Shown here: piece by piece, positions 41,501 to 54,194 of the stretch
How the letters are laid out: each line of letters opens with the position of its first letter
Position numbering within the stretch: position 1 is the stretch's first letter
Notes under the pieces: generated by a model
What the model was told of the DNA's origin: nothing
Seen by the model: the letters and a program-made list of their open reading frames with translations, nothing else
The model's database searches: none
Assembly: GCA_964016885.1 (NCBI GenBank)
Contig: OZ024740.1
Span: 321,532,001-321,596,000 of the forward strand
Direction: 5' to 3'
Origin: Eledone cirrhosa
Lineage: Eukaryota
DNA: 64,000 nucleotides
Position numbers and translations under genes: made by a program

Positions 41501-41853
41501 GAAGGATCAGAATGGCGAGAGAGGTGCTCTACTCCAGCAAGTTTTATGAAAGGTGGGTGAAAGTAGCGAGAATGGCCCGAGTGAATGGGCCTTCTCTCTA
41601 TATCAGCCTGTAGGTGAGAGAGGAGAAGAATGAGAAGAGGAAGGAAGCACCCGCTCTTTGTGCTCCTGAAGAGGAGGGTTGCACATTTTTTCGGGGCTGT
41701 GTGCGACCCATGTCAACGCCCCTCCCTATTGAGGACATCGATTGTTAAATTTAATTTGTTATATGTTTTTTACACGTCTTTTTAAATGTATGTAAATTCC
41801 CCCTTTGTATTTGTCCCAATCTTTGATGCCCTGGTGGCAAATAAATAGAAATA
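35578..41853 (+). mobile_element. Full-length degenerate Tx1/L1-clade LINE (family B)
   Basis: ORF1 remnants with zinc knuckle CYHCLTRGHLRAAC. ORF2 38182-41613 (APE-RT, YADD) has several stops and frameshifts and is homologous to family A. TSD tatatcaatta at 35563-35573 and 41854-41864. Confidence 0.93.
36576..37075 (-). mobile_element. 500-bp LTR-like insertion inside ORF1 of Tx1 family B
   Basis: Flanked by TCCTC (36571-36575, 37076-37080). Minus strand starts TGT and contains AATAAA and a TGGCGACC PBS-like motif. Confidence 0.5.
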
Positions 41854-42423
41854 TATATCAATTAGCACCAAACTCTCCCCCTCTCTATATCTACTATACG
41901 GAACTATCTTCCAATACCCCTCTCTATATCAATAAACATCAATCTCTCCCCCTCTCTATATCTATATCTATCTCTCCCATCTCTCTCTACATAGCATGTA
42001 CATAAATTGTAGCGCATATACAAATAGATATGTGTTTTAGTATTTTAGAGAGAAAAATATAATTATTAAGGTGTGTGTGGGGAGGGGGGGGACACGTCCC
42101 ACCCCCACATCCACCGCCGCGGGCGCATATATATAGATATATATATATAAATGTATATATATAAACGGAAAAAATGAAACGAAATTTCATTTCCCACTCT
42201 TAGTACGGCTGTTACTTAAATATAAGTATGTATACGTACATACATATATGTATACAGACGTACAGTAGTATGTATATATATATACATACATGCACACATA
42301 TATATATATGCACGTATGGATTCACCGAACATTTATTATAATGCTCGGTGTGTTTGTAAACAAACATCCCGTATTAAGCCGTAGTGTCTAGCAACCATCG
42401 TTGCTCGTTTGTTCAACACTGAC

Positions 42424-42480
42424 AAAGGAACGCTGTACTAGTTTCAAGCTTATTAGCTATCGTCAGCAACATATACCTTT
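42424..42480 (-). ncRNA. Minimal type-I hammerhead ribozyme motif (inverted copy)
   Basis: atgttg-CTGACGA-t-agct-aata-agct-t-GAAA-ctag-TA^-cagcgt. Confidence 0.8.
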
Positions 42481-42588
42481 CTGCCAGATTGTTGAACGTA
42501 TATACTTACCTTATGCATATTAACGGCCGAGTAGCCCAATTTGCATATCGAGTGGGTTAATCGGCCGGGTGCACCCGGCCGGGTGCAG

Positions 42589-42645
42589 AAAGGTATACGT
42601 TGCTGACGATAGCTAATAAGGTTGAAACTAGTACAGCGTTCCTTT
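42589..42645 (+). ncRNA. Minimal type-I hammerhead ribozyme motif
   Basis: acgttg-CTGACGA-tagctaataaggtt-GAAA-ctag-TA^-cagcgt. Stem I pairs fully, and helix III is palindromic. Confidence 0.8.
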
Positions 42646-42767
42646 ATCAGTGTTGAACAACGAGCAACGATGGTTGTTAGACACTACGGCTTAATACGGG
42701 ATGTTTGTTTACAAACACACCTGTGTTTATATTAATTATTCGGTGAATCAATACGTGCATATATATA

Positions 42768-42821
<54 letters not shown>

Positions 42822-42860
42822 CTACTTTACGTCTGTATACATATATGTATGTACGTGTAC

Positions 42861-42961
<101 letters not shown>

Positions 42962-44023
42962 TATATATATATACACACACACATATATACATACATGATG
43001 ATGGCTGCCCCCTCGTTATCGAGTATGACCATTGCACAATATACCATTATTAATAATTATTAATTAATTCTATCGTGCAATGCCTGTGCATGAAGATATT
43101 TTTTTAAATGAGGAACATTGTGCACTGAGCCAATCCCACTCTCTGAGCGACAGTAGCTATAACCCGAAAAGAAGAACAGATCAACATCATCGGTAACTAC
43201 TGAGCCGCAGGTTTATATCGGAGTTATCCCAGTTTCCTCAGTTGCCTTCTCCTAGAAGAATGCCCTGACAAAGGTTAGGGGTCCTTCACTCCCAGTGGTT
43301 TAACCGCGCGATCGGGTGTCCAGCCCGATTATTTCTATGTCCCCGCGCATGTACATACACATGCACCCATGTATATACACATATACATATACATACATAT
43401 GTACATGTGTATATACATATTTACACACTTTTGGATGGCCGTATATACATACATACATACATACATACATACATACATACATACATACATACATGCATAC
43501 ATACATACATACATATATTTAACGTCGAGATACCCCCTCTTGTATACACACAGCCACGCATATATATATATAAAAGTGTGTAAATATGTATATACACATT
43601 TACCGCGAGGTTAAACCACTGGGAGTGAAGGACCCCTAGCCTTTGTCAGGGCATTCTTCGAGGAGAAGGCAACTCAGGAAACTGGGATAACTCCGATATA
43701 AAACCTGCGGCTCAGTAGTTACCGATGATGTTCATCTTTTCTTCTTTTCGTGTTATAGCTACTGTCGCTCAGAGAGTGGGATTGGCTCAGTGCACAGTCT
43801 TTCCTCACTTTAAAAAATATCTTCATTGCACGATAGAATTAATTAATAATTATTAATAATGGTATATCGTGCAATGGCCATACTCGATAACGAGAGAGCA
43901 GCCATCATGTATGTATGTATGTATGTATGTATGTATGTATGTATGTATGTATGTATGTATGTATGTATGTGTGTATGTGTGTATGTATGTATGTATGTAT
44001 GTATGTATGTATGTATGTATGTA

Positions 44024-44088
<65 letters not shown>

Positions 44089-44094
44089 TTAACT

Positions 44095-44345
44095 GTTAGA
44101 CTGTTCGGTTCAGGATTATGAGGCGGTGGGTTCAATCGCAGGTGGTACGCTGTATCCTTGAGCAAAACACTGTATTTCACATTGCTCCTATAAACTCCGC
44201 TGGCAAAAAAAAGGTGATTCAAAGGGCCAGCATTGTCATACACTGTGCCACACTGAATCTCTCTGAGAGTTACGTTAAGGGTTGACATGTCTATGTAATG
44301 CTTCACCACGAGTTCCGTTGTTTGAACAACTAGAACAATCGCCGT
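44095..44345 (+). mobile_element. CORE-like SINE
   Basis: gggttcaatc B-box, then tccttgagcaaaacactgtatttcacattgctcc. Related minus-strand copy at ~48440-48620. Confidence 0.55.
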
Positions 44346-44627
44346 AAATATTACCCCTGTGCACCATTCTTCATATTTTGAGTTTATATTTTATCAACCA
44401 CGTGTCTTTTATCAATTTCTGTTTTATCTTCTCACATATTCACTTATACAACCCCGTACTTTTGTGTCCTCCCCACCCGCCTACTCTCTCTCTCTCTCTC
44501 TCTCTCTGTATATATAGACGAAGAGAACGCAAGTGTATATACTGCAGAACTGAAAACAGGTTCTTTATAATATCACACAGACCTGTTAAATATTTTATGT
44601 AGGTGTACGTATGTGTGTGTGTGTGTG

Positions 44628-44710
<83 letters not shown>

Positions 44711-45857
44711 CACACACCTTATTTATTTTTCTCTCTGCATGAGTGTAACCATTTTATTTTCTTGCTTTGTATTGACATTCGAAAGAAATTTTTGTTCGTA
44801 TTTACATATCCCAACTAATTCTTTTTTCCTTTTTTCCACCATGGTTTTCTTTGCAGCAATCTAGCTATTTGTTATTGATAATTTCGGTGGGTACCCTGTT
44901 TTTCTTGCCACTGTATTGTCCTAATAAGACACTCGTCTTTTGTATATTCGTTTCTTGTGTTGCTTATACGCTAGTAGTTAGAGCTTTATAAGCTTCTGAT
45001 ATAGCTATAGGTCTGGTACTGCCGTATGCATAGAGACCGTGCTGTTATATCTGTTACATAACTTACAGTGGGTGGCTGATGGGGCAAGCATTTTTCGATA
45101 GTGTAACATTCATGCGTACACTCTCAAATCCCAACATATCACAACAAATACTATTTAGCAACCTTTTAACGAAACACTGCCATATCAAATCTTTTAATGT
45201 ATTTTGGTTGTGTTATACTTTGCTATATGGTGTCGTCGTATGCTATAATATAAATAAAAACGTCAAAATTTAGCAGTTTAGTTTTTCTTGTTGGCCTGTC
45301 TCAATCTTTTGTTGTCCCTGATCGATTTTCAATCACACCAATCTACACGTACAATTCTACGACAAACACACTAACATCAACCACAACAACCAAAACACAT
45401 GACTACGAAACACACTAAAATTTCTGCTAAATAGGTGACGTAACCATCGGATACAAAACAACACGAGACATTTCTGAACATAACTTTCTTTCATGTAAAC
45501 AACACGTTTTGTCTCCGGTGACACAACAAACATTTCTCTGAATACATCGTTCAGTCAACATCATGTGATACGGATAACATTACTTTTAGCGTCCCTCCAA
45601 CATGTTAGACTCAATTTCCTCTACAGCTCTTTCTACAGTGAACACGAACATTTCCTAGACAAATAACATATTTCGTTCCTAAACACACTCATAAATGCAC
45701 GCACGCACACACTCACATGCACGCACACACTCACACACACACGCACCCACACACACATGCACATATACATACACATATGCATACACACACATACGTACAT
45801 ACACAAGAAATCAATTTTTTAAAGAAACACAACAATACTTACGACTATCTCTACTAT

Positions 45858-45889
<32 letters not shown>

Positions 45890-45929
45890 AAGAACAATAC
45901 CGAAAACGAACATAATTGTGACTATTAAC

Positions 45930-46095
45930 TTTACAGGCCAAACCAAGAGGCAGGAGACCCAGAGGTAGACCCCTGAGCAAGATGGTTGGATAACATCCAT
46001 GAGCTTGGCTGGTCTCGCCGGATTAGTTGGAGATAGTTGCTTCTGACAGGACCCACTAGAATTAGTATTTAAGGACTCTGTCCCTACGACCCGAG
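45930..46095 (+). mobile_element. RTE-like LINE 3' fragment with (GAA)n tail
   Basis: Motif G-R-x-PRGR...WLDNIHELGWSR. Related minus-strand fragment at ~52960-53235. Confidence 0.6.
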
Positions 46096-46236
46096 GAAGA
46101 AGAAGAAAAAGAAGAAAAAGAAGAAGAAGAAGAAGAAGAAGAAGAAGAAGAAGAAGAAGAAGAAGAAAAAGAAGAAGAAGAAGAAGAAGAACTATTAATT
46201 GCATAGATAACTAATCATTATTTTTAAGGTTTCTCT

Positions 46237-46385
46237 ATGCTTTGACGCATAGATTTACGGCCCTTGCCATTCTGAGTTCAAATCCTGCCGAGGTTAACTT
46301 TGCCTTTCATCCTTACGGGGTCGATAAAATAAAGTACCGGTAATACACTGGGTAATTGCTGGCCTTGTGCCAAAAGTAGAAACAA
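46237..46385 (+). mobile_element. 5'-truncated main-family SINE with 20-bp TSD
   Basis: attatttttaaggtttctct on both sides (46217-46236, 46386-46405). Confidence 0.88.
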
Positions 46386-47656
46386 TTATTTTTAAGGTTT
46401 CTCTTTTGCATCTCTATTCGATAATTTGACACTATTTACACTGTTGTTGTTTTGTACTTGTCATAATCCTGTTTTCTAATTTAGACGTCTTTCTCAGTGT
46501 TCTAATATTGCACTCTTATTAAATTTACTGCTTTAAATGGTTACACACACACACACAACATTCATTTCAACATTTTACATACATTTCCACATAAATGCGA
46601 TTTATCTGGGATTTTGCGAGATATTCTTCTCTCTTCTCACAACCTTCAACTAGATTCCAAATACGGAAAATCTGTCGGTTCATCCAACAGTCCATACCCG
46701 ACTCACTAGGAGGGTTATTAAAACTACATGGAGCAAAGGCCATGCTCCGTATGTTTTAAGCCAACAAAGCTCACGCTCCTACACATTTCAAGCCATACAC
46801 TAGCATATTCTTTCACTACTTCTTTTTTCGATTGCTTATTTCTCAGCAATTTAAGCTGAGAAGTAATGTAGCGAAATTATTTCGGGTAAATCTGCGGATA
46901 TTGAATTGAAGACGAAATTGGCTATAATGTCATAACCGGAGGTAGCTATCACGAAACATATAGGCATTTAAGCCCAGCTCAAATTAAGGTTTGCTCTCTT
47001 GCCTTTCTTCTTTTCACTCTGCTTGTCTTAGGGACAGCTGACAGCTAATGCCACACTGTAGAAGTCTCTAGTCATTAAGACATTGCTGATGCCGGGCCAA
47101 CGTACTCAGGTCGGTAAATATGCCGTGCATAGGCAATATCTTATCTCAACCAACATCAGTGCATTCATATATTCACTCACAAATTCCAACATATCACAAC
47201 AAATACTATACTGTGAACACTACATTTAGCATCCTGTTGATGAAGCACTCTATTATAGCAAACCTTTTAACATGTTCTGGTTGTGTTTGCTACAAGGTGT
47301 CGTCGTGTACCATAAGATAAATAAAAGTATCAATTCACTGTTGGTTCTGATCGTTTTTCAACCACACCAATCAACACAAACAACATGCGTAAAACTCAAC
47401 GACCAACACACTAACATCAACCACAACAACCAAAACATATAACTACGAAATGGTAACTACCAACATATCAAAACGACTGCTAAAATCTATTATACAACAT
47501 TAAGTTGTACCAGTTTTAGCCAGTGAAGTGTATTAACATAAATTAACATAAATACAGAATGGATATTTCGGGTTGCTGCACTGTTTCCTTTTTTGAACTC
47601 ATAAAGCATTATGTGCCTTAAATGCTCCTTCGACACATCCATCTTTGAGGGTTAAT

Positions 47657-47870
47657 ATTGTTTTCTGATTTAGGCACAAGGCCAACAATTTTGGAAGAGG
47701 GGAAAGTCGATTAAATCGACTAAATTACATTACTGGTACTTTATTTTATCGACCCTATTAGGATGAAAGGCAAAGCTAACTTTGGCAGGATTTGAACTCA
47801 GATCGTGAAGAGCCATACATCTATGCCATAAAACATGTTGCCCGACGCTCCACCGATACTGCCAATCCAC
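47657..47870 (-). mobile_element. Main-family SINE
   Basis: Same consensus. Confidence 0.8.
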
Positions 47871-48658
47871 ACATTCACGTTCATTAATACTAAACGGATG
47901 TCTATTTATCTACCTAAACACACACACACACACACACGCACACGCACACGCACGCACGCACACACACGCGCGCGCACATATATATATACACACACATATA
48001 ATATATATGTGTTATATACATGCACATATGTGTATATCCTATTGTGCATATCCTGACATTTCCCTAATAGTGTCAGGACAAACAGTAATACAAACAAGCT
48101 GTTACCTAGGGATAGCTGTGTAGAACATGTGATATATCTCCCCTCCCCATTCAGGGGTTTGACCCTGGAATATTCCTCTCCAAGGTTTCAGCTTGGATCA
48201 GTTGTTTTGCGGAAGATCAGTAGTCATCCTTGTATGCCAGTAGTCTCCCCTCTCCACACCACTAATGTTATCTAAGGGGAAAAAGGACGATACAGCTTGG
48301 CCACAGTGTAATCCCAATTCATTTATACACTATATACACTATATACACTATATATATTATATACACTATATATACTATATATACTATATATAATATATAT
48401 CCTATATATTCAATGTTGTCCAAATATGTATTTACTATATTCAATGTTGTCCATGGGAAAGGAAGAGGTCGATATAGCTTGGCACCACTGACGTCACAAC
48501 TAATATTTAGCAGCTGATTGAATTGGAGCAACCTGAAATAAAGTGTCTTGCTCAAGGACACAAGCCGCCCGTTCAAGTAATCGAACTCATGACCTTACGT
48601 AATAGTCTTTTAACCATACCACTATAGCAGATGGAACTTTGGTAGCGCTGTTGCTTCC

Positions 48659-48997
48659 TTAACCCTTTTTGATAACAACCCCGCCTAAGAACACATTGGT
48701 TTAAAGACACAACAAATATTTTACCAAACCCCTTGATTATCTAAACAACTTTGATCCCAAAGCGCCTGAAACCGTCCCTGGTTCTACAATAAGAAAACGG
48801 TTTATATTAAAGTGTTTAAATTTATCTAAAACTCTTCCATCTTAATTTTGTGTGAGAGCCTTTGTTAAGTTATGTTCCAAACATCAGTTTAATAACGAGA
48901 AAGATACTTATTTTATTAAATCCATCCAAATTCTTAATTATTTAAAAAAAAACATAGGAAGTATTTTTCAGTAGAAATATGGCGACGGAAGGGTTAA
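48659..48997. mobile_element. piggyBac-like MITE followed by degenerate tandem partial copies (to ~49370)
   Basis: TTAACCCTT...AAGGGTTAA termini. Internal motif tttgttaagttatgttccaaaca is repeated at ~49272. Confidence 0.5.
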
Positions 48998-49394
48998 ATT
49001 ATTTATATTTATCTAAAAAGCCAACAATATAGTTTTATGTAAGAACTTCAAATTACTGATTACTTCCAAAATTATTTGAAAAACCAACGAAAATGTTAAA
49101 TTGTTTATATTAATCTAAAAACTTTCCATCATAATTTTATGAAAAGTTACAAAAACATTTTTTATTATTTTCAAAAATATATGAAAAACCATTGGCAATG
49201 TCTTTCATTAAAAACATAGCGACGAAAGGATTAAAATGTTTATAGTTATTTAACACCTTCTGTCATAAATTTTTGTTAAGTTATGTTCCAAACAACAGCT
49301 TAATAATGAGAAAGTTAGTTATATGAGTAAATCCCTCCAAATTTTTTATTATATCCAAAATAATTTGAACACCTAATGAATGTATGTATGTATG

Positions 49395-49830
49395 TATGGT
49401 GAGGAGGGTAATTTTGGACACACTGCAGGACAAAAAACAAAACCTGACAAAGGGCGGAAGAACTCATAAGAGTCAACGGCCATCTGAAAGTGTGTAAATA
49501 TGTATATACACATGTACCACGCGGTTAAACCACTGGGAGTGAAGGACCCCTAGCCTTTGTCAGTACATTCTTCTAGAAGGCAACTCAGGAAACTGGGATA
49601 ATTCCGATATAAAACCTGCGGCTCAGTAGTTACCGATGATGCTGATCTTTTCTTCTTTTCGGGTTATAGCCACTGTCGCTCAGAGAGTGGGATTGGCTCA
49701 GTGCACAGTCTTTCCTCACTTTAAAAAATATCTTCACGCATAGGCATTGCACGATAGAATTAATTAATAATTATTAATAATGGTATATCGTGCAATGGCC
49801 ATACTCGATAACGAGGGGGCAGCCATCATT
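49395..49830 (+). mobile_element. Second non-autonomous RTE-derived family with (TATG)n tail
   Basis: Shares the 5' block (cctagcctttgtca...agaaggcaactc) and 3' end with the family above. Copies at ~42995-43442 (-) and ~43570-43908 (+). Confidence 0.7.
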
Positions 49831-50360
49831 ATGTATGTATGTATGTATGTATGTATGTATGTATGTATGTATGTATGTATGTACGTATGTATGTATGTAC
49901 GCATATATGTATATATGAATGTATGTATGCAGGTATTTCTAGGAGAAGGAAAACTCTGATATAACACCCGCAACCCTGATGGTATCCAATGATGTTGACT
50001 TGTTCTTCTTATTGGTACATATCATCTTGGTTAAGAGAGTGGGACTGGCTTTGTGCAGTGCCTTTGCTCACTATAAAAGCTTCATGGCACAGGCATTGCT
50101 TTATATCTGGAGATCTCTCTGCACTTGTCGTCACATGGTACCATGGGCCCAGCACTATGTGTCAATAATTGTCACAAGTGTAGTGTTTGTACCAGAGTTT
50201 TCAAGTCGCTGGCTGGACTAAAAAGTCACACTTATTCAGCGCATCGGTAGGGGTTCTCCTACATGGATATAAAGTAGTGGCCGTACTCGAAAACGAGTTG
50301 GCAGCCACCATGTATGAATGTATGTCCTGTTTTTTATTATTAATTTCTCACGGATAGATA

Positions 50361-50402
<42 letters not shown>

Positions 50403-50517
50403 GGATGGAGAGAGAGAAGGAGAGAGAGTGTTTAACACAGAGACACGATTCTTTCATTGTAATTTAGACATCAATTAGCTAATGTTGTGTATATGTGTAT
50501 GTATGTATGTATGTATG

Positions 50518-50920
50518 AACCCTTAGCCTTTGTCAAGGCAGAATTCTAGGAGAAGGCAAACTCTGATATAACACCTGCAACCCTGATGGTATCCAATGAT
50601 GTTGCCGTGTTCTTCTTTTTGGTAAATATCATCTTGGTTAAGAGAGTGGGACTGGCTTTGTGCAGTGCCTTTGCTCACTATAAAAGCTTCACGGCACAGG
50701 CATTGCTTTATATCTGGAGATCTCTCTGCACTTGTTATCACATGGTACAATGGGCCCTGCACTATGTGTCAGTAATTGTCACGAGTGTAGTGTTTGTACC
50801 AGAGTTTTCAAGTCGCTGGCTGGACTAAAAAGTCACACTCGTTCAGCGCATCAGTAGAGGTTCTCCTACATGGATATAAAGTAGTGGCCGTACTCGAAAA
50901 CGAGTTGGCAGCCACCATGT
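50518..50920 (+). mobile_element. Non-autonomous RTE-derived element with (TATG)n tail
   Basis: ~400-bp family with copies at 19615-20012 (-), 49935-50313 (+) and 57088-57163 (-). Retains the terminal C2H2 finger CSVCTRVFKSLAGLKSHTRSAH and a ctcg...cgag 3' hairpin. Confidence 0.75.
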
Positions 50921-51799
50921 ATGTATGTATGTATGTATGTATGCTAACGTGTGTGTGTGTATGAATATAAATATCTATGTATGAATGTATACATGTATGT
51001 ATGCATGCATGTGTATATGTTTGAATGTATGTATGTACAAATATACATAGTTACACATACACACACACATATATATGCATACGTACACTTACATAAACAC
51101 TTAGATATATACATATTCACATACACATATATACATAGTTACACACACACATGCACATATACGTACTTACATATACACACACATAAATATAGACACATAC
51201 ACACATACACGCATACATAGTTACACACACATACTCATATATAAACATACTTATAGAAACACACATAAACACATACATATCCACACTCCACCACCAATAC
51301 ACACATACATAGTTACGCACACACAAATATAGACATATATACTCATATACTCACACATACTCACATACACACATACTCACATACACACATACTCGCATAC
51401 ACACAAACATAGTTACACAATTACATACACATACTCATATATAAACATACTTAGAGAAACACACAGAAAGATACAGATACCCCCTCTACCAACAATAAGT
51501 TGTAGTAATAAGTTTTATGAAACATCGCAGCTAGCAAAGAATGTTTTGTCACCAACAGAACCAAGTCTATACTACTATATAATTCTATAAACTACTATAT
51601 ACATACATTACAGGTAGTAGGTTGGTTGAGTTACAGGCAAAACTTGTAATGGGAAGGAAATGTAGATAGGAAGTTAAATAAATAGACCTCTTGTAGTTTT
51701 TTTTTTCTTTTGTTACACAGAACCACTTAACCCTTAACTCTACAAAATACTTCAGCAATGCTGGTATAGTCACTGCCTCAGTCTCTCTAGGTCTACCCA

Positions 51800-52098
51800 T
51801 CTGTCACTATTATAAGCAAATAGAGGCCCACGCGCTGGCCGCCCCGCGGCCCCGGGGGACTGAATAGAGAAGACGTTTTCCTGGAGGATGGTGGGCGAGA
51901 CGTGTTGGAAGAGCCATTCCAGCTTGCGAGGCTCACACCTGCGGGTAGCCAACTCAGTGCTGATGGTGGTGAGCAGGGAGGTGGTCCTTGGGCCAAGGAC
52001 ACCAGAAGTCTCCAGTGCTACGGGCTCGTCCGTAAACCTGTCGGAGAGCGACCGATATTTGGAGAGCTTACCCTTCTCGACTCGAAGCAGAGCCTGGA
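51800..52098 (-). mobile_element. CRE-like RLE LINE, 3' fragment
   Basis: Translates KLSKYRSL...PVALETSGVLGPRT...EPRKLEWLFQHVS, homologous to 4830-4960. Confidence 0.65.
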
Positions 52099-52359
52099 TT
52101 AGGCAGCGAATGTTAGAGTGTCAGATAGAATGTTTTGCGGTATTCGTTCCAGCTCTCAGCGCTCTCTGTGTTCAAATACCACCGAGCTCGACTTTGCCTT
52201 TTATTCTTTCGAGGTCGATAAAAAAAGTATCAGTCCAGTACTGGAGACGACTTATTCTCTCTCACTCTCTTTTTCCTTTTCTGGAAGAAATCGGTTGAGT
52301 TCAGGCCTGGAGAGGGGATGGGCTCCACCTGCTTTAAAGTGTATGGCGGTCGGACGATG

Positions 52360-52504
52360 CTATGAAATCTTGCATGTATTAATTTCAACTCTTCTTATTA
52401 ATACTGCATTGTTTTATTCCAGAGACTATGTTGAAAAATAAACCTCATTTGGCCATTCCCTGAGAGTGTCTTGGTCAGCCTATGAACTTTTCAGTCAACC
52501 CTCG
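52360..52504. mobile_element. Partial inverted copy of the mariner-type MITE
   Basis: Reverse-complement match to 16496-16640. Confidence 0.72.
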
Positions 52505-52679
52505 TATGTCACGACAGCGCCTCTAAGCCCAGTTAGGAGTTATAGACCCAAACATATGATTCTTAATACTTTAATAGAAAGTGGCAGCCGGCTGTATTGG
52601 TAGTTAGTAGTCGGGTTGTCTGAGGTAGGGGACGAAGGTTTGTATGATGGTAAGAGGCCAACACACCTTAACTCTGTCT

Positions 52680-52744
<65 letters not shown>

Positions 52745-53555
52745 ACACACACACACACACATAAATGTAAGCAGAGCCAGCACTACCTTTAAGGCCAAAT
52801 CATAGCCATCCAAGGAGCAAACTTCCGCGAGGTGCAGACCCCGAGAGGCGCATAACAGAACCATAAAGGACCAGTTTTATACAAATAATTTGTATCATTC
52901 ATTAAATTGAATATTTAATATATTTCCTGCCATCAATAAATACATCACTAAACACCTTTGTCGCGTAGCAATGTCGTGGAAATATCCAGTGATGGAATGG
53001 GTCGTATGGTGTTGGAGTATGGATTCAGTTCCGCAAAATGGTCCTATCAAAAACAACCATTTCTAACTGATCCGGTTCGATCCCCAAGCGAGACCAGCCG
53101 AGCTCATGAATGTTATCCAACCATCTTGCTCGGGATCTGCCCCTGGGTGTCCTACCGGTTGGTTTTGCCCGTAAAATCTGTCCAGCGATTATTTCCTGAG
53201 ACACTCTAACCACATGTCCATAATAGCGGGGCTATGATTTCTCAATATTACACGCATTTCAATATTCCTATACTTTTTGAAGTTTATCAACTTTTTCATT
53301 TTTCTTCTTTCGGAATCGAATTTTCACGACCAAATATTTAATTTCCCACCCCACCGTCTCTCATTATTCTTAAATATATACAGCTAACCATTATTAGAAC
53401 ATATAAACGAACATAACTACAGTTCCATCAAACTTGACTTTGTTTCCTCATAACTTTTATAATAATATATATTTTTTAATGAAACATCGAAAGAGATACA
53501 TCTTCCATGATGCAGATCATGATTACGACGATAAAATAAAAAAAATAATAATAAT

Positions 53556-53773
53556 AGTTTCTGATTTAGGCACAAGGCCACCAATTTTAGGGGAGGGGAA
53601 AGTCGATTAAATCGACTCCAGTGCATTACTGATACTTTATTTTTTTTTTATCGACCCCGTAACGATGACTAGCAAAGCTAACCTTGGCGGGATTTGAACT
53701 CAGAACGCAAGGAGCCGAAACTCTATGCCGCAAAGCAGGGTGTCTGACGCTCTACCGATACTGCCAATTCACC
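53556..53773 (-). mobile_element. Main-family SINE flanked by AAT repeats
   Basis: Same consensus. Confidence 0.85.
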
Positions 53774-53822
<49 letters not shown>

Positions 53823-54027
53823 TAATTTTTAAATATTTTCTTTATTCTATGTAGTTCGTTTTGTTCGCTAATGTTGTCATAACTGACTGAGTACTTTTGA
53901 TTTCTGTTTATAGTAGGCTAAACGTAAACACGGAATTATTTTTGTCATGTCTTTCAATTTTATGCTGATAATGAAGAATATAAATGAGTATAATGTCATA
54001 GATATACTACAGGAACTTAATGTCATT

Positions 54028-54194
54028 ATAACATTTTGTTGAGATATATTTTCGAGGGTATATTTTCGAGGATATATTATTACTACTACTATGAATTGAG
54101 AAAATAAAAATCTTTATAATCTTTATAATCTACATAATCTTAAAATATATCCTCGAAAATATACCCTCGAAAATATATCTCAACAAAATGTTAT
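54028..54194. repeat. Perfect 51-bp inverted repeat with 65-bp spacer
   Basis: 54028-54078 is the reverse complement of 54144-54194. Confidence 0.88.
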
